Source: Zootoca vivipara
Taxonomy: Eukaryota
Assembly (NCBI RefSeq): GCF_963506605.1
Contig: NC_083276.1
Coordinates: 80,290,001 to 80,354,000 of the forward strand
Length of the DNA: 64,000 nt
Direction of reading: 5' to 3'
The notes beneath the pieces were generated by a model that saw only the letters and a list, made by a program, of their open reading frames with translations, did not search any database and was not told where the DNA came from. This document shows positions 36,816-49,700 of this stretch, piece by piece. The translations under genes were made by a program, and so were the position numbers. Position 1 is the first letter of the stretch; every line of letters starts with the position of its first letter.

Positions 36816-37533
36816 AACAGCAAACAGGAAGGATTGTGATCCAGACCTGTGTGGTGGCCTGTTCTCCACTGAGATCTTCAGCCGTTCTTGCTTCTGTTTT
36901 CAGTGCAAGAGTTGAAACTTTAATTGTGGCATTGAATTGTCTGGTCTTCTGGGTACTTGATTAATTCCCCCCACCCCACCCCCGGCTTGCTCTTGTTGAG
37001 TTGCTGAGCTGCTGGAAATCCAGGTATCTCTCAACAATTCATTTCTTAGTTACTATTGTGCCATTATGACAAGTTCCCAGATTTTTGTAATTCATGGACT
37101 TATTAGAAACCTAAATTATCAGATGAAATAAAGGATTCCTTCTAATTGTTTTACTGTTGGATTTACAGGTGCTTCCACACTAGGTGTTTAGTGTGGAATT
37201 GTCATGCTTCAGGCATTCACTTCTGAATGGGGCATCCATACAGTACTGACATCCATGTATTGTCCCTCCTGTGTTTTCTTGTGACTCTTGTCAGGTATTT
37301 GTATGTGTTTAAGAAAAGAAAAACAGCACAATTCTGAAGGTGTCTGCGGCCTTAGCAAATCCATCTTCTTAAAGGGTTGGAGTTTCAATGAGTGTGTCCA
37401 GATGAGGGTCTACTGCTATCAATCATGACTCTCCCATTACAGTATAAGCAGAAGTGCAACTGATTATCCACCTGTCTCTGGTGCTTTGATGCAGTGTCAT
37501 TATATTTTGTCCACATGGTGGCCATGACATAAC

Positions 37534-37623
37534 CATAGCTGCCAAGTTTTCCCTTTTCTCGCGAGGAAGCCTATTCAGCATAAGGGAAAATCCCTTTAAA
37601 AAAGGGATAACTTGGCAGCTATG
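37534..37623. mobile_element. 90-bp hAT-type MITE
   Basis: TIRs CATAGCTGCCAAGTT / AACTTGGCAGCTATG; 8-bp TSD GACATAAC. Confidence 0.85.
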
Positions 37624-38066
37624 GACATAACTGTATGGAAAAGGTTATATCCTTCTGTTTCTTCACCTGTCGTTTGGCTGTCACACGTCTCCTTTTCCTT
37701 ACATTTTGAAGTGGGTGCTTCTTAGCACCATTTTAACTCCCTGCTTTGTGAGCCCTCCTGTGTGACTGTGTTTACACAATTAGCATAATTGCAAAAAAAA
37801 CACCTTAAGTAAAAAAGAGTGCTTGCAGTTTACTTCCAAGTAAACATCGTTAGAGATCAGGCTCTATATCCCGTGGATTTCACTTGAGAATGACTAATCC
37901 CTAATTCAGTCAATTTTATAACCAGATCCAATTGGACAATCCAGCGTAGTCAGTTCAACAACCCAGCTAGAAAGCATGCTAAATTGATTCCCCGCCCCTT
38001 TCTTATTGGTTGCAGTATTTTACCACAGCACAATTGTTAATTTTTTTAATAGAACAGGGACTGGAG

Positions 38067-38202
38067 CAGGCATCCCCAAACTTCGGCCCTCCAGATGTTT
38101 TGGACTACAATTTCCATCTTCCCAGACCACTGCTCCCGTTAGCTAGGGATCATGGGAGTTGTAGGCCAAAACATCTGGAGGGCCGCAGTTTGGGGATGTC
38201 TG
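38067..38202. mobile_element. 136-bp palindromic hAT MITE
   Basis: Same family as 28070-28205; TSD GACTGGAG/GGCTGGAG (7/8 match). Confidence 0.88.
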
Positions 38203-38339
38203 GGCTGGAGGATTGTGGCCTTGCAGGATTACTGCTGAAACCTACACCTTGGTACTTGGAAGTTAGCACTACTCTATCTTAATGCAGTTTACTAATAAAA
38301 TAGCTAACTGAAGTGTGTAGGTTAAGGTAACCTCATTCT

Positions 38340-38423
38340 TCTTGTTGTTGTTGTTGTTTAGTCGTGTCCGACTCTTCGTGACCCCATGGACCATAGCATG
38401 CCAGGCACTCCTGTCTTCCACTG
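38340..38423 (-). mobile_element. Severely 5'-truncated Bov-B copy
   Basis: Reverse complement of the last ~85 nt of the Bov-B ending at 26246, with a (CAA)n tail and flanking duplication CCTCATTCT (38331-38339 and 38424-38432). Confidence 0.85.
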
Positions 38424-41400
38424 CCTCATTCTAGGGAACAATTTATTAAGGCTGAAAGCTGGTAGAAAGGAGGTGGGGTGCAGCACATGAAATGGTTTTT
38501 AAACCAGACGTACGTGGTGGCAGGCCTTAGAGAAAGGAGCAGTCATCTCCAACATGTCAGCTACCTTCCTCAGGGAAAACAACTCCCAGTGTGTTTCATA
38601 CGGCAAAAAAATCTGTATGTGCAACCTTAAAACCTTTTTTTAAAAAATAGCTATTATTTATTCAAAAGGAAAGTTACACTGACCAAAATAAACGTGATCT
38701 TGAGGGGGGGGGGAAGATGTGACTTTTTCTATGCACAACTGCAAGGAGATTGCTGTGCACTTCTGCTCTTTCCCTTCTTAACAGTAAGAAAAAAGATGGA
38801 AGAAGCAATGGGAAAGCATGGGAGAATTATACTTGGCTTACATTCAGATGCCCTGTAAAACTGCATGGCGGAGGCATACCAAATACACATTAAAAGCTTC
38901 AGAGAAGGCATAATGAATACATATACTGAAAGCCTCATATGGAAGCAGCCACTGTGTGCTGTGATCTATAAGCATGGACAATCTCTCTTGCCATTCAATG
39001 TACCATTATTATCTTTCTAGTCGGAGTCATTACATCAACCCCATTCATTTTTTTCACTCATCGTTAGATTAGCTCTGTAGTTTATTTTGTATGTATATTT
39101 CTAACATAGGACTCTGGTACACCGTGGTGACTGGTAGGATAGAAAGCTAAAGATAGAGCCAGAGCCACCTTCATCTCTGCTGAGTTGTACAAGCAAAATT
39201 GAGACTAAGGCAGCCAGGACCAATCGCTGGACTGGATGCTAAAGTAGGATGGCATGCATTTGGGGGCTGACTGGGGGCAGACTGGGACTGGTGGGGCAGT
39301 GCCCTAATTCATACCTCCACTGGTGCTACACAAAGTGTTATGCCTTATTTATTTATTTTTTACTTTGTTGCAGCTACCGCCTAGTAAGAGTTCCTTAATA
39401 CATCTGGGTCATCTGTCATTAGAGTCAAAGCGAGGGACACTTTGGCCTTGCTCTCACATGGGGCTACTTCTTGGTGATTCTACATTGGTAGCAGCCGATG
39501 CATAATATGTCTTGGGGTGCCTTGTCTTGTCCGCAGAATGCCCACCGCTTTTTCAAGATGTCATGCGTTTATGTTTTTATTATATCCTCCTAAATACTTC
39601 TTGTACTTAACCCAAATCAAAGAACAGGTGATCTGCTTATTTTTCCAGTAACAAATGGACATAACCGTCTTTTGGGGAGGGGAGCCATTCCCCCCCCCCA
39701 TATACTGTACTAGAAATCTCATGGCAGCATGGGATATATAGAGGTACAAATCAGAAGTGATATTCAGGTCGATGTTTGAATGATTCCAGAACTGTTTTAC
39801 CACATCCCCTTTTCCAGCATTCTTACTAAACAGCTCATCTTCAACTAGCCTGACATAAGCTGGCAAGTAATTATTTAAATTTTTATATGGAGATTTCGAT
39901 CCTGCCATTCTAGTAACTAGGTATGAGATCAGCTCTCCTAGTTCAAGGCCAAGCATTTATAGGATACTTGTGACTTCTCTCTCTTGTTTTGTTGAGTCAC
40001 CTCCTCTATCATTTTTGGAACTATAAACTATGTACTATAATGTCAGTAGTGTTTGAGAGTGCTTATGAAAGACAGCTTGCTTTCTCCATGGTTAACCACA
40101 TAAAGACTCCCATACCGAAACAAGCAGTGGGAACTGGTCTCTTCCTGGTTGAGAAGTATTTATTGGCATGAAGCTAAATTTGCACTTGAATAACACTTAT
40201 TGATATCACCTGATTCAGAGTACTGGTATCTGGCTTAGTTATTCCTAGCATATGGTGCCTGCTGTTTTTTTTTTGTAGACTTCAATCTGATAGAACTGGT
40301 AAAAGGTCATCACGGTCTAATATACGCTGATTGGTGAAATAATCCTCCCCACCACCCCACACCCATCTATAAACATACATAATACTCTTTCAGTCATCAA
40401 CAGCTCCTCCTAAGTCTCCACCTTTTTAAAATAGGCAATGATTTATTATTATTTTGGTTTCAAATGTGTTTCAGAACTCTTGTACATGCTGCCTCTATAT
40501 ATGAAACTTATGGCAAACAGTAGAGAATGCTGTTGCTATCTTCAGGGGGAACTGAAAACTAAGTTTGTGCAATTAAAGTTGATTTGATACAGCACGACCA
40601 CAAACCTTTCCATCAACAATCATACTTTTGTGATAATGAAAGTAATAGGAAAAAGCACTGGAAAGGGTGGGATAACACATGCTTGATGGATTGTACAAAG
40701 AAATTGAATGTTCAATAAGCAGGTCGTCTGGAGGCGACCTTGGTTGGGTAAGGGTTGGGGCATGCCTAGTCTTCTATTCCTAGACCAAAAAAAAGGGGGG
40801 GGGAGCAGAGTACTCAGTCTCTTGTCTTAAACACTTGTTTGGCATTTTTACCTGAAAAGGACTAATAGCACTTCTGCAGTGTTGCTATTTTGTGGGCGGA
40901 TTGTGCGAAAGCACCAATTTCACTTTTAGTGTTTACTATATTTTGTACATTGCTGTATATATCAACATACATCCACCCCCAAGTTGGACTTTTTGTGGCA
41001 AGAAAAGGAGGGAATGTCCTATAACGTATGAAGTAATGCTTGCTTGAACAACATGCGGTAGTACAGCACAACCTCCTGGCAAACAAATGCTCAGTAACAG
41101 TGGATATAATGTAACTCCCTGCAAACTTTGTACAGAAAGATGTGGGTAAGTGCTCCTTAAAAAGGTGATCTGGAAGCAACCTGAGAACAGTATATTGTCT
41201 TGCAGTGCAATCCTAACCATGTCTAAGGCCAATAAATCCTATAGATCTGAACAGGAATTACTCCTAGGTAAGCAGGGTTAGGATCGCAGCCTTAATGCTG
41301 TTTAGAAAGTTCCATTCAGTGATCTGCTTCTTGACAAATGTTCTTTGCAAATAAAGTGATTAGCTCCTTAGTACAGTAATCCTAATACCATTTCTCCCTG

Positions 41401-41800
41401 CCTAGACAAGCCATTCAATATCAGGTAAGCTTTCTATGAAGAAATTGGCTGAGTTGTATTATTCCAGTATTTGTCAACTAGATATTAAGCCACCGTTCCC
41501 CCTTTTGAGATACAACAGGAAACAGCAATATAAACTTACCAGGATTGTCACACAAAAGGGAAGCAATTTAGCAAGCTAAGAATGAACATTTTAAAAGGTG
41601 CAATATTTCTAAGGCCTGAATATTTCTGTTTTCCTATTTGGGTATGTATGTGTGCACATATCATTCTCCTTAGTTACTGCCACTAGTACAAACCTGGTTT
41701 ACTGAGGACAGGGATTACCCCAAGCCAAAGATGAGCTTATCTATTCCCATGAAACTGTTTTGTCAATGTAGTTTCAAAGGAGCATCCTCTTTGTATAGAG

Positions 41801-41935
41801 CAGGCATCCCCAAACTGCGGCCCTCCAGATGTTTTGGCCTACAACTCCCATGATCCCTAGCTAGCAGGACCAGTGGTCAGGGAAGATGGGAACTGTAGTC
41901 CAAAACACATGGAGGCCGAAGTTTGGGGATGCCTG
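41801..41935. mobile_element. palindromic hAT MITE (opposite orientation)
   Basis: Same family as 28070-28205; perfect TSD GTATAGAG. Confidence 0.9.
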
Positions 41936-42974
41936 GTATAGAGGGCTAGGGAACCTCAGGGCCAGGAGCCAAATGGAAACATCTCCCTTGGCCATGTCTC
42001 ATCACCAGCCTTGATCCATGCTCTCCTTGAGTGCTTTTCCTAGCTGGAGTGTGTCCTTGAACTAAGATAATACTGTCTCCTGTTTACCTGGATGGAGAGG
42101 GTCTATGTGTAGAAACCTCTGACAATTGTGTGTCCATAATGTAAACAAAATGTGTCCAAAATCCATTGCTCTGCTTACTTTTGCCTCTAGCCCCACCCGC
42201 CATTAACATACTAACAAAAGAAAAACCTGCTGGATCAGACTAAAGGCCCATCTAGTCCAGTGCTGTGGAACTGGGCACAGCCATATTTTCCAGCTTGTGA
42301 TCCCCAGCCCCTGCTATTCAGAGGCACTATCTCTGATACTGGAGGTATTATGGTCATCATGACTAGTAGCCATGAATTATCTTATCCTCCACAGATTTAT
42401 CTGAATCACAGCTCTCTTCTGTGAAGTGTTATGAAAAGAGCCCATCCTGGCTTTATGAGCAGGGTGGTGTCTAGAAACCTGTCAGCATAGCTGAGAAACA
42501 GATGTACAAACTTCCTGTTTTGTTAAATGTAATCAATGCATGGCTTTAATCAAAGATCTCCAGGAACAGCTCCTAAGTGGGGAGGTATTGCTGCAAAAAA
42601 TTGTGAAGTAGCAGAGTGACAACACAAGCAACTCCAAAGATAGGACTCTTTATTACAGCCAAATTTCATAAAGTACAAAGTAATGATCTCAAAACTAAGA
42701 ATATAAAGCATAGACCTGTACTTATGCATGGGGTTACAGAAACACCAGATACTATTCACTGCAAGGATGCTCTTGAGCCTGAAGTATTAGAAGCAAGGTA
42801 CTATAAGAACATCATGTTGCCATTCTGAAGCTACCTCGATTCAGTGGAAAGCCCTGCACAGGAGAGGAATGGTGATACAATATTTTAGCAAGTCTTGAAT
42901 TATGAGCTGAATCAAAGGAAGGAGGTATCACTGCACCCAGGACCCCTCCCAACCAGCTTTTGCTGGAAGCTGGT

Positions 42975-43712
42975 CACATCATTCTAAGAGTTCTGTCCAC
43001 ATCATCAGGCCATATAAACTGAAATTGACCCCAGAGTACTGCAATGGGCACCTCAACTAGAGTTGCAGTAACAGTGACATGCAAGGCACTACAGAGCTGA
43101 GTGATTTTATCCCCAAAGGATTGTGCAAATTGCTCACAGCATGCTGCCCAAGGTTCCAGAGGCCCATCTGCTACTTCTGGTACAACCTGACTCTGGAACA
43201 CTCCAAACAATTCTGCTGCATGACTCTTTGAGGATACAATAGAGGCAGCAGAATAATCTCCCAGCCTGCTTCACTACAACTTAGGTACCACTACAACTCA
43301 AGGGTACCTCAGAGAGCGCCTGAACCTTTATATCCCTCTGAGATCAGTAGCAGGAGTGTTCCCTAAGTTGGTGAGGCTCATTTGACAACAATGAGAAACC
43401 AAGCCTTTAGTGTCATTGGTCCAGTCCTTTGGAATACTCTGCCAAGAGAGTTTCAGCAGGCACCTTCTGTGCCATCTTCTAAATGCCTGCTGAAAACCTT
43501 ATTTTGCCAGGCTTTTGCAGACAATTTAGAGTTCATCCTCCACCATGGTTTATTTATGCTTGTTTTAAACTTCTTTTTCTTTTAAATTAGTTTTTAAATT
43601 TGCTTTTTAAATGTAGTTTTTATCTTTTAAATGTTGTAAACCGCTTTGATATGTTTTGTGATATAGTGGTATAGTGGTATATACTTTTACTTTTATAAAT
43701 ATATACAATAAA
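42975..43712. mobile_element. old L2 LINE remnants (minus-strand internal piece plus plus-strand 3' piece)
   Basis: The minus strand gives CEQFAQSFGDKITQL...FQFIWPDDVD. The plus strand gives AFSVIGPVLWNTLP...LLKTLF and a tgtaaaccgctttga 3' UTR. Confidence 0.55.
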
Positions 43713-43727
43713 TTAACCACCACTAAA

Positions 43728-46700
43728 TTAAATTGTTTTAACCTGCAATCCTTCCATCACTGCACGAAGAATAGCTGCAGCTGCTACAGCACCAGGGTCT
43801 GGCCGATCTAGGCGGGCTGAGCCAATGTAACTGGCCCTGCCTGCAGATGCTTCCATATGTTTTGTAGACTCAGCAGCAGCCTCTGCCTCCTGCAGAAAAA
43901 AGCAAGACATTATAAGAGGAGAAACAGATACCTATGTGCTCACCATTTGCAATGAATTAAGAGTAGATAGATACCACCAAAAGCTTTCATATGCTTCTAA
44001 ATTTGAAACCATAAGCCCTCATCTGGACACTAGTCCTCACCATTTCTGTTGTGATGTGATGCCTTTTAGTCCTAATGCTGCAAACAAACCACTTTAGGAT
44101 TTTGCCTAATGATTTTAAGGGTTTGGTAATTTTTCAGATTGCAGATGGACTACTAGTGAAAATGATACTGTGTGCCTGATAATAAGACTTATGCTGATTA
44201 GACAATATGAGAATGCACAGAAATACAGATACAGGATATATACTACATATCTATAGCCTGAGAAAACTTGCTTATAGTTCCCTGCTCTCATCTTCCTAAA
44301 TGATGCAAAAGGGTTGGTTTTTTTTACACTTTGGGTTGCAGGTATATTAATATACTCACTTCTACAGCTTTGGTCAGAACCTTCAGTGGATTAGTCTGTG
44401 GGTTCTTCAGAGCTCTGAGTTGCTCAGCAGCAGCACAGAGTGAATCCAGCTAGCAAAGAGACAAAGAATAATTAAGAGGACAATAGTTCTATCAGGGCTA
44501 GTTATGGACAGTCATTATCTTGACAGGGATAGTCTCCTAACTGAACCTTGAAGACCTGGAAACGTTTGCTGAAACTGAATGTTATGGGAAATATTCCATA
44601 CATTCTGGACAAGGCAAGTTAATGTTGGTAACTATTGTTTAGATAAATTGTGCTAACTTGCTAGTGTCGAGTGTCTGGCATGTGCAGATGTGTGAAGCAT
44701 TCTAAGGTAACCACAGTTAGGACTGTAAGCCATAACTGCTAAGTAAAGCCAAAAAATAAGTGGTGTCACTTTTGCCATGAGTTAGCTCCATGGCAGAAGA
44801 AGAAATTTCAGGTGCTGCTCCTGATTTCTTTCCCTCCTCATTCTGCTCTTATCACAATATAGGATAGCATGACGCTGCTCATACCTTTCTGAATTTTGTG
44901 TTTTTGCATTCATGGTATCCCATCTGCACCATGTCTGAGAGTACCCATTTTCTTCGAGCATAGACTCTCCTTTCTCCATACTTCACATCAAAGCAAGAGT
45001 AACAACCTTCCACGGCTGTTCCTTGAAATACAATGAATCAAGTGTGTCCTCCTCTGCCAAACCACAAGTGCATAGCTGCCAAGTTATCCCTTATTTTAAG
45101 GGATTTTCCCTTATGCTGAATAGGCTTCCTCGCGAGAAAAGGGAAAACTTGGCAGCTATGCAAGTGAGGCAGCATGGCAGTGGAGCGACCCTCAGAAGTG
45201 CCATAACACCCCAGAAACAAACTGTCTCCAAAAATTCAAAGTCATACCTTTGGAATTTTTGCATCTATGCTGGTATTAACAGTAAATCTGAATTAACAAG
45301 GTGACAACTCAAGCATGACATTGTGTGGATACCCCCTAAAGTTAGTTCCTGGGGCACTGCAGATATCCAGTAAATAGCTGGAATGGAAGGGCCCTTAATG
45401 AAGGACAGTGCTAGGGCACATTACTCACCATGGTTCTGTCTCCAGGTGCAGCTCCTCCATACCTGCCAGATGAATACAGTTAGTAGTGTAGGTTCCACAT
45501 GTGCATCCCTCCCACTGTAGAGACAGTCTCACTCATATAGCAAGGATGGAAGTAGCAAGGGAACACATGTATAATTACTCTGCTGTAGTCATGTAAGGGT
45601 CACACTCACCGCATCATGGCATCAATACCAGCATCCACGGCCGCTGACCAAGTTGCCAATTCATCATCAGTCCGTAGGGGCTGAGCAGCTGCTGTTAGAA
45701 ACAGTCCATAGAGCTGTAAGAAAACAAAGTGATTTCGTCTCTGATAAAGTCTAGGGTAATAATACAATAATCAAATGCAGTATTTCTCCTTAGCATATTA
45801 CAATTTCCACCCTACTCCTACAGCTTGAGGCAGAAAATAGTTTAAAACGCAATAACATCTAACAAAATAAGATGAATGGAACTTCTTTTTAGCAAAAAGC
45901 GTCTTAACAAAGAACCTTTTAATAAAGTTTCCATAATCAAGGTAGTCTAAGAGCTATCAGATCAAATCAGAATTCAGTGGCCCTAGTAAAACAAATTATT
46001 ACACCCCACCCTAGTTCCAAGGTCTATGGCACATCTTTTCTATCTGCATATCTGCCATGTTGTGAGACTAACTAACCACAAAGGCACCCACTGAGTATCA
46101 GACAAAAGGGGATATAAACCTGTGTCTCCTTTGTGCAACACTGTTGCTTCATGAATTCCCTTTGTGAAAGCTGTTGACCTCTAAACACAACAGAATGAGA
46201 TGGACTAGAGTCCTGAGGTAGTAAAATGGATTGTAGCACATCTGACTATAGGCAAGAGATCACATTTGTGCATTTTCCTCTACACTAAAAACATTTTGTA
46301 AGTAGAAATTAGCCTAACCATACCCCTTTTATGCTAGAACCTCTTTCCAAAATGTGTCCCACCTCTGAAGTAGCACAGTCTATTCTACTACAACTGTCTG
46401 TTGCATAAATAGACTACATTTAAATTTCTCAGTGGAAACAGTTTCAGTGTAATTTGGAACTACTACATGCATACAGGTTTGCTCCAATTTAGTAAAAGCT
46501 TTAATTTTTATGTTATGAGAATTTGCCAGTTCTGTATGTTAGATATTATAATTAAAAAACTTAATTTCTCACCAAAAGAGCATTTATTGATGAGAAAGTG
46601 AAACAGTATTGCACTCTAAAGAGTTGCTTGTTGTAGGGCTAGTTTAAGTCTCACAACTAGGAAGCTCCCAGTTTCTCCACGTGAAAGTGTTTAAAATATT

Positions 46701-49700
46701 CTGATCATCTTTCACCCCGTATCCTAACATGAGCCATTTTTAGAGAATATGTGTCAGCAATAAAAATGCTTATTTGCTACTTTTTCCTAATTGTTGCTCC
46801 TTCTCCCACTACACACACAAATTCTAGTAGTACCAATCACCCTTACATAATAGCAAAGAGCAACCTTAAACAAGTTATCCAAATTCTCCTAACACTCACC
46901 GCCCCCGAAGAACCCCCCATCTTCTCCAGCAGTAACTTTGCTAGGCCAGAGAGCAGCTGAGAGGGGTACAGTGGTAGAGGTTTTGACTCCACCCATTCCT
47001 GGATTGCTGAGGAAACAACACTCACTGGTTAAAATTGACAATCTCCCATCTGGCTAAGGGCCCCTCCAGACTGGCGTTCATTGCAGGTGTATTCTGCAAA
47101 ATGTTTTTAAACACGGTAATAGTGCATAAATGGCGGATTAATTCTGCTGTGATGCTTCTCTAATGCTACCACATTACTGATGTCTGGAGAGGCTATCATG
47201 CAACAAAGAAGAACAAAAATAAACATTTTAAACATTTTTTAAAAAGAGCTACAGGTTTTCAGCACAGAATATGCACTGATTGGAACTGAAGCAGTATGAC
47301 AATCCCAAAGCTTGGGACAACTCTATTAGGACCAAGAACACAAATAATCATGAATATACAATAAAAAGGATGTCTGGAGGGGCCCTCACTAATTTTGCAA
47401 TCAATTGCATTTTTCAACAACACAGGTCCCAAAAAGAGCTAAGACTAAGTCTATAAAGCAATTCTGCAGATATGTCTCAATTAGTATGGTACCGTAATTT
47501 GAAGCATCAAGGGAAAAGATCTCAACAACCTTTTTCAGTCAGGGTACATAGTTTCCCCACACCAACACCTTGTTATCATATTCAATCTATGGCATATCTG
47601 AAGAGTCCTTTAGCAGCAGGAAGATTCAGAAAGGCATTTTACGTAGGCCACCAAGTCTACTGTTCCCTCCTGAGCAGGAACAAATTTAGCACCTTTCAGC
47701 ATATTCTTTGCTCTATTTTAGCTTAACAATATTATTATTATTTTAATTTATTGCCCACCCTTCAACACCCTGGGATGATTTACAACAATTTAAAGTGCAA
47801 CATTAAAAACATTTAAAATAGCAGGGGAGTTGTTGGAAGAGCACTAACCTCTGGCAGCTCGTGCATGTGTGCTGCCACAGTCTCCATCACCTGCAGCGCG
47901 ATCTAGATCATTGAGCTTCTCTTGTAGGTTCAGCAGTGTGTTGCACACCTTCTCTAGAACTGCTCTCATGTAGGGGGTGGCTGGTGCTAAATGAAATGGG
48001 AACAGCTATTTCATTTCAATAGCGGTAAGACTCCCAGTTTCACATTTTGTCTTACAGAGCAAGTACTGATGTTGCTATGCATTTCCCTTTCATATAATGT
48101 GCGAGTGCAAGGGTAAACTCTGCCCAAACATATCACTTTATCAGCAGGCTATTTCAGTTCATGCTGGATTTTTCATCTCTTGTTTACTCAGCACCTGATG
48201 AAACAGCTGAAAACCTGTAATGATTCAGCTGAAGAGTTCTGTATTTGAAATGAATAAAATAATATGAAACATTCTGCATGTGATATTTGATCTACAAGGG
48301 CCCAGTCGTGTGTATACGTCACTTTATGCTGAAGTCATCATGAATATACATGGATTAACTGGTGCAGAAACAGAAAGGCCAGCTCACAGATAAACACATC
48401 CAATTGCTTGCATAAGCAGAAAGAAATGCTGCAAATACTACTACTTAGGAATCTATTATCATTAACTTACAGATGGAGAAACTGGGGTATGAAAGGATTT
48501 TTGTTTTATATGTCATAAAGATAGTGAGAGAACAAGAGTGAAGCAAAACAGAAGGCAACATTTCTGGCAAAAAGGCATTTACTGTCCTGACCATCCTTTT
48601 GCTCATCCAGTCCTTCAAACAGGACACAACGGCTCCTGTTGGTGCTGCTTGTGTCTCCAGATTACTTTCACTCTCAATGCTCCTTGAGAGAAGGACATTC
48701 TGCCATCACAAAGCCAGAATCACAGTCTCAGCGGACAGGGTGAATCTGGTTACAGTATGGCAAGAAATTTCTCTGAGAGCGAGATGATGCTTCAGCCTGT
48801 ACCTCTAAATGGAAAAGACTCCTCTTCCTCCTCCTCTTCCTTGGGTGCTACTGACTCTCTCACTCTTTTCCGGCCTGACACATGCACCTTGGAAGGTTGT
48901 GACCACGCAACAGCTGTAGTGTCAGAATCTAGAATTTGGAATACAAGACTGTGATATACAATTGCTGATAGTTTCACAACACCATTGGTTCATATCCATG
49001 AAGTCATCAGCACATGGACTCTTGAAAATCATCAGCATTTTTCTTAGCAGAAGCCACAAATGTCTGGTTATGAACCCCAAATAACCAAGCCCAACATAAC
49101 AGAATTGGGCAGTCTGACAAGACAGGACTTATATTATTAATGAGATTTTCAAATTTGTTTATTTTGGAGTTATTGTGTGTCATCACAATAGGGAAGTTTT
49201 TAATGTTTGATGCTGTACTGTTTTTAATATTCGGTTGGAAGCCGCCCAGAGTGGCTGGGGAAACCCAGCCAGATGGGCAGGGTATAAATAATAAATAATA
49301 ATAATAATTATTCACTGGGCTTGTAGCAAGCTGGAGACATTCGGTCAAACTGTCAGGAAATGCTGCCATTTGGATCAAAGGAAAGAATGTAATTTGTATT
49401 ATCTATTTTATCTGTACTGGAAAGAGAATATACTCATTATCAGGAAGAAAATGAGCCTCCAACAGGTAATACATATTTTCAAAACATATACCCCCCGCAC
49501 CCTGATCAATTAAGTCAACATATTTTCAAGTTGCAATTTTGAGAAGAAAACTGATTATCTCAAGAACTCACCAATGAGAGTCAACAGCTCATCATCTACA
49601 AGCAAAAGAGTAAGGGAGACACCTGCCATTTCCAGTGCAGTCATAAAGGAGCCAACAAAAACTCGTGCAATATGGATGCCCTTGCTCTCTGCAATGATGA

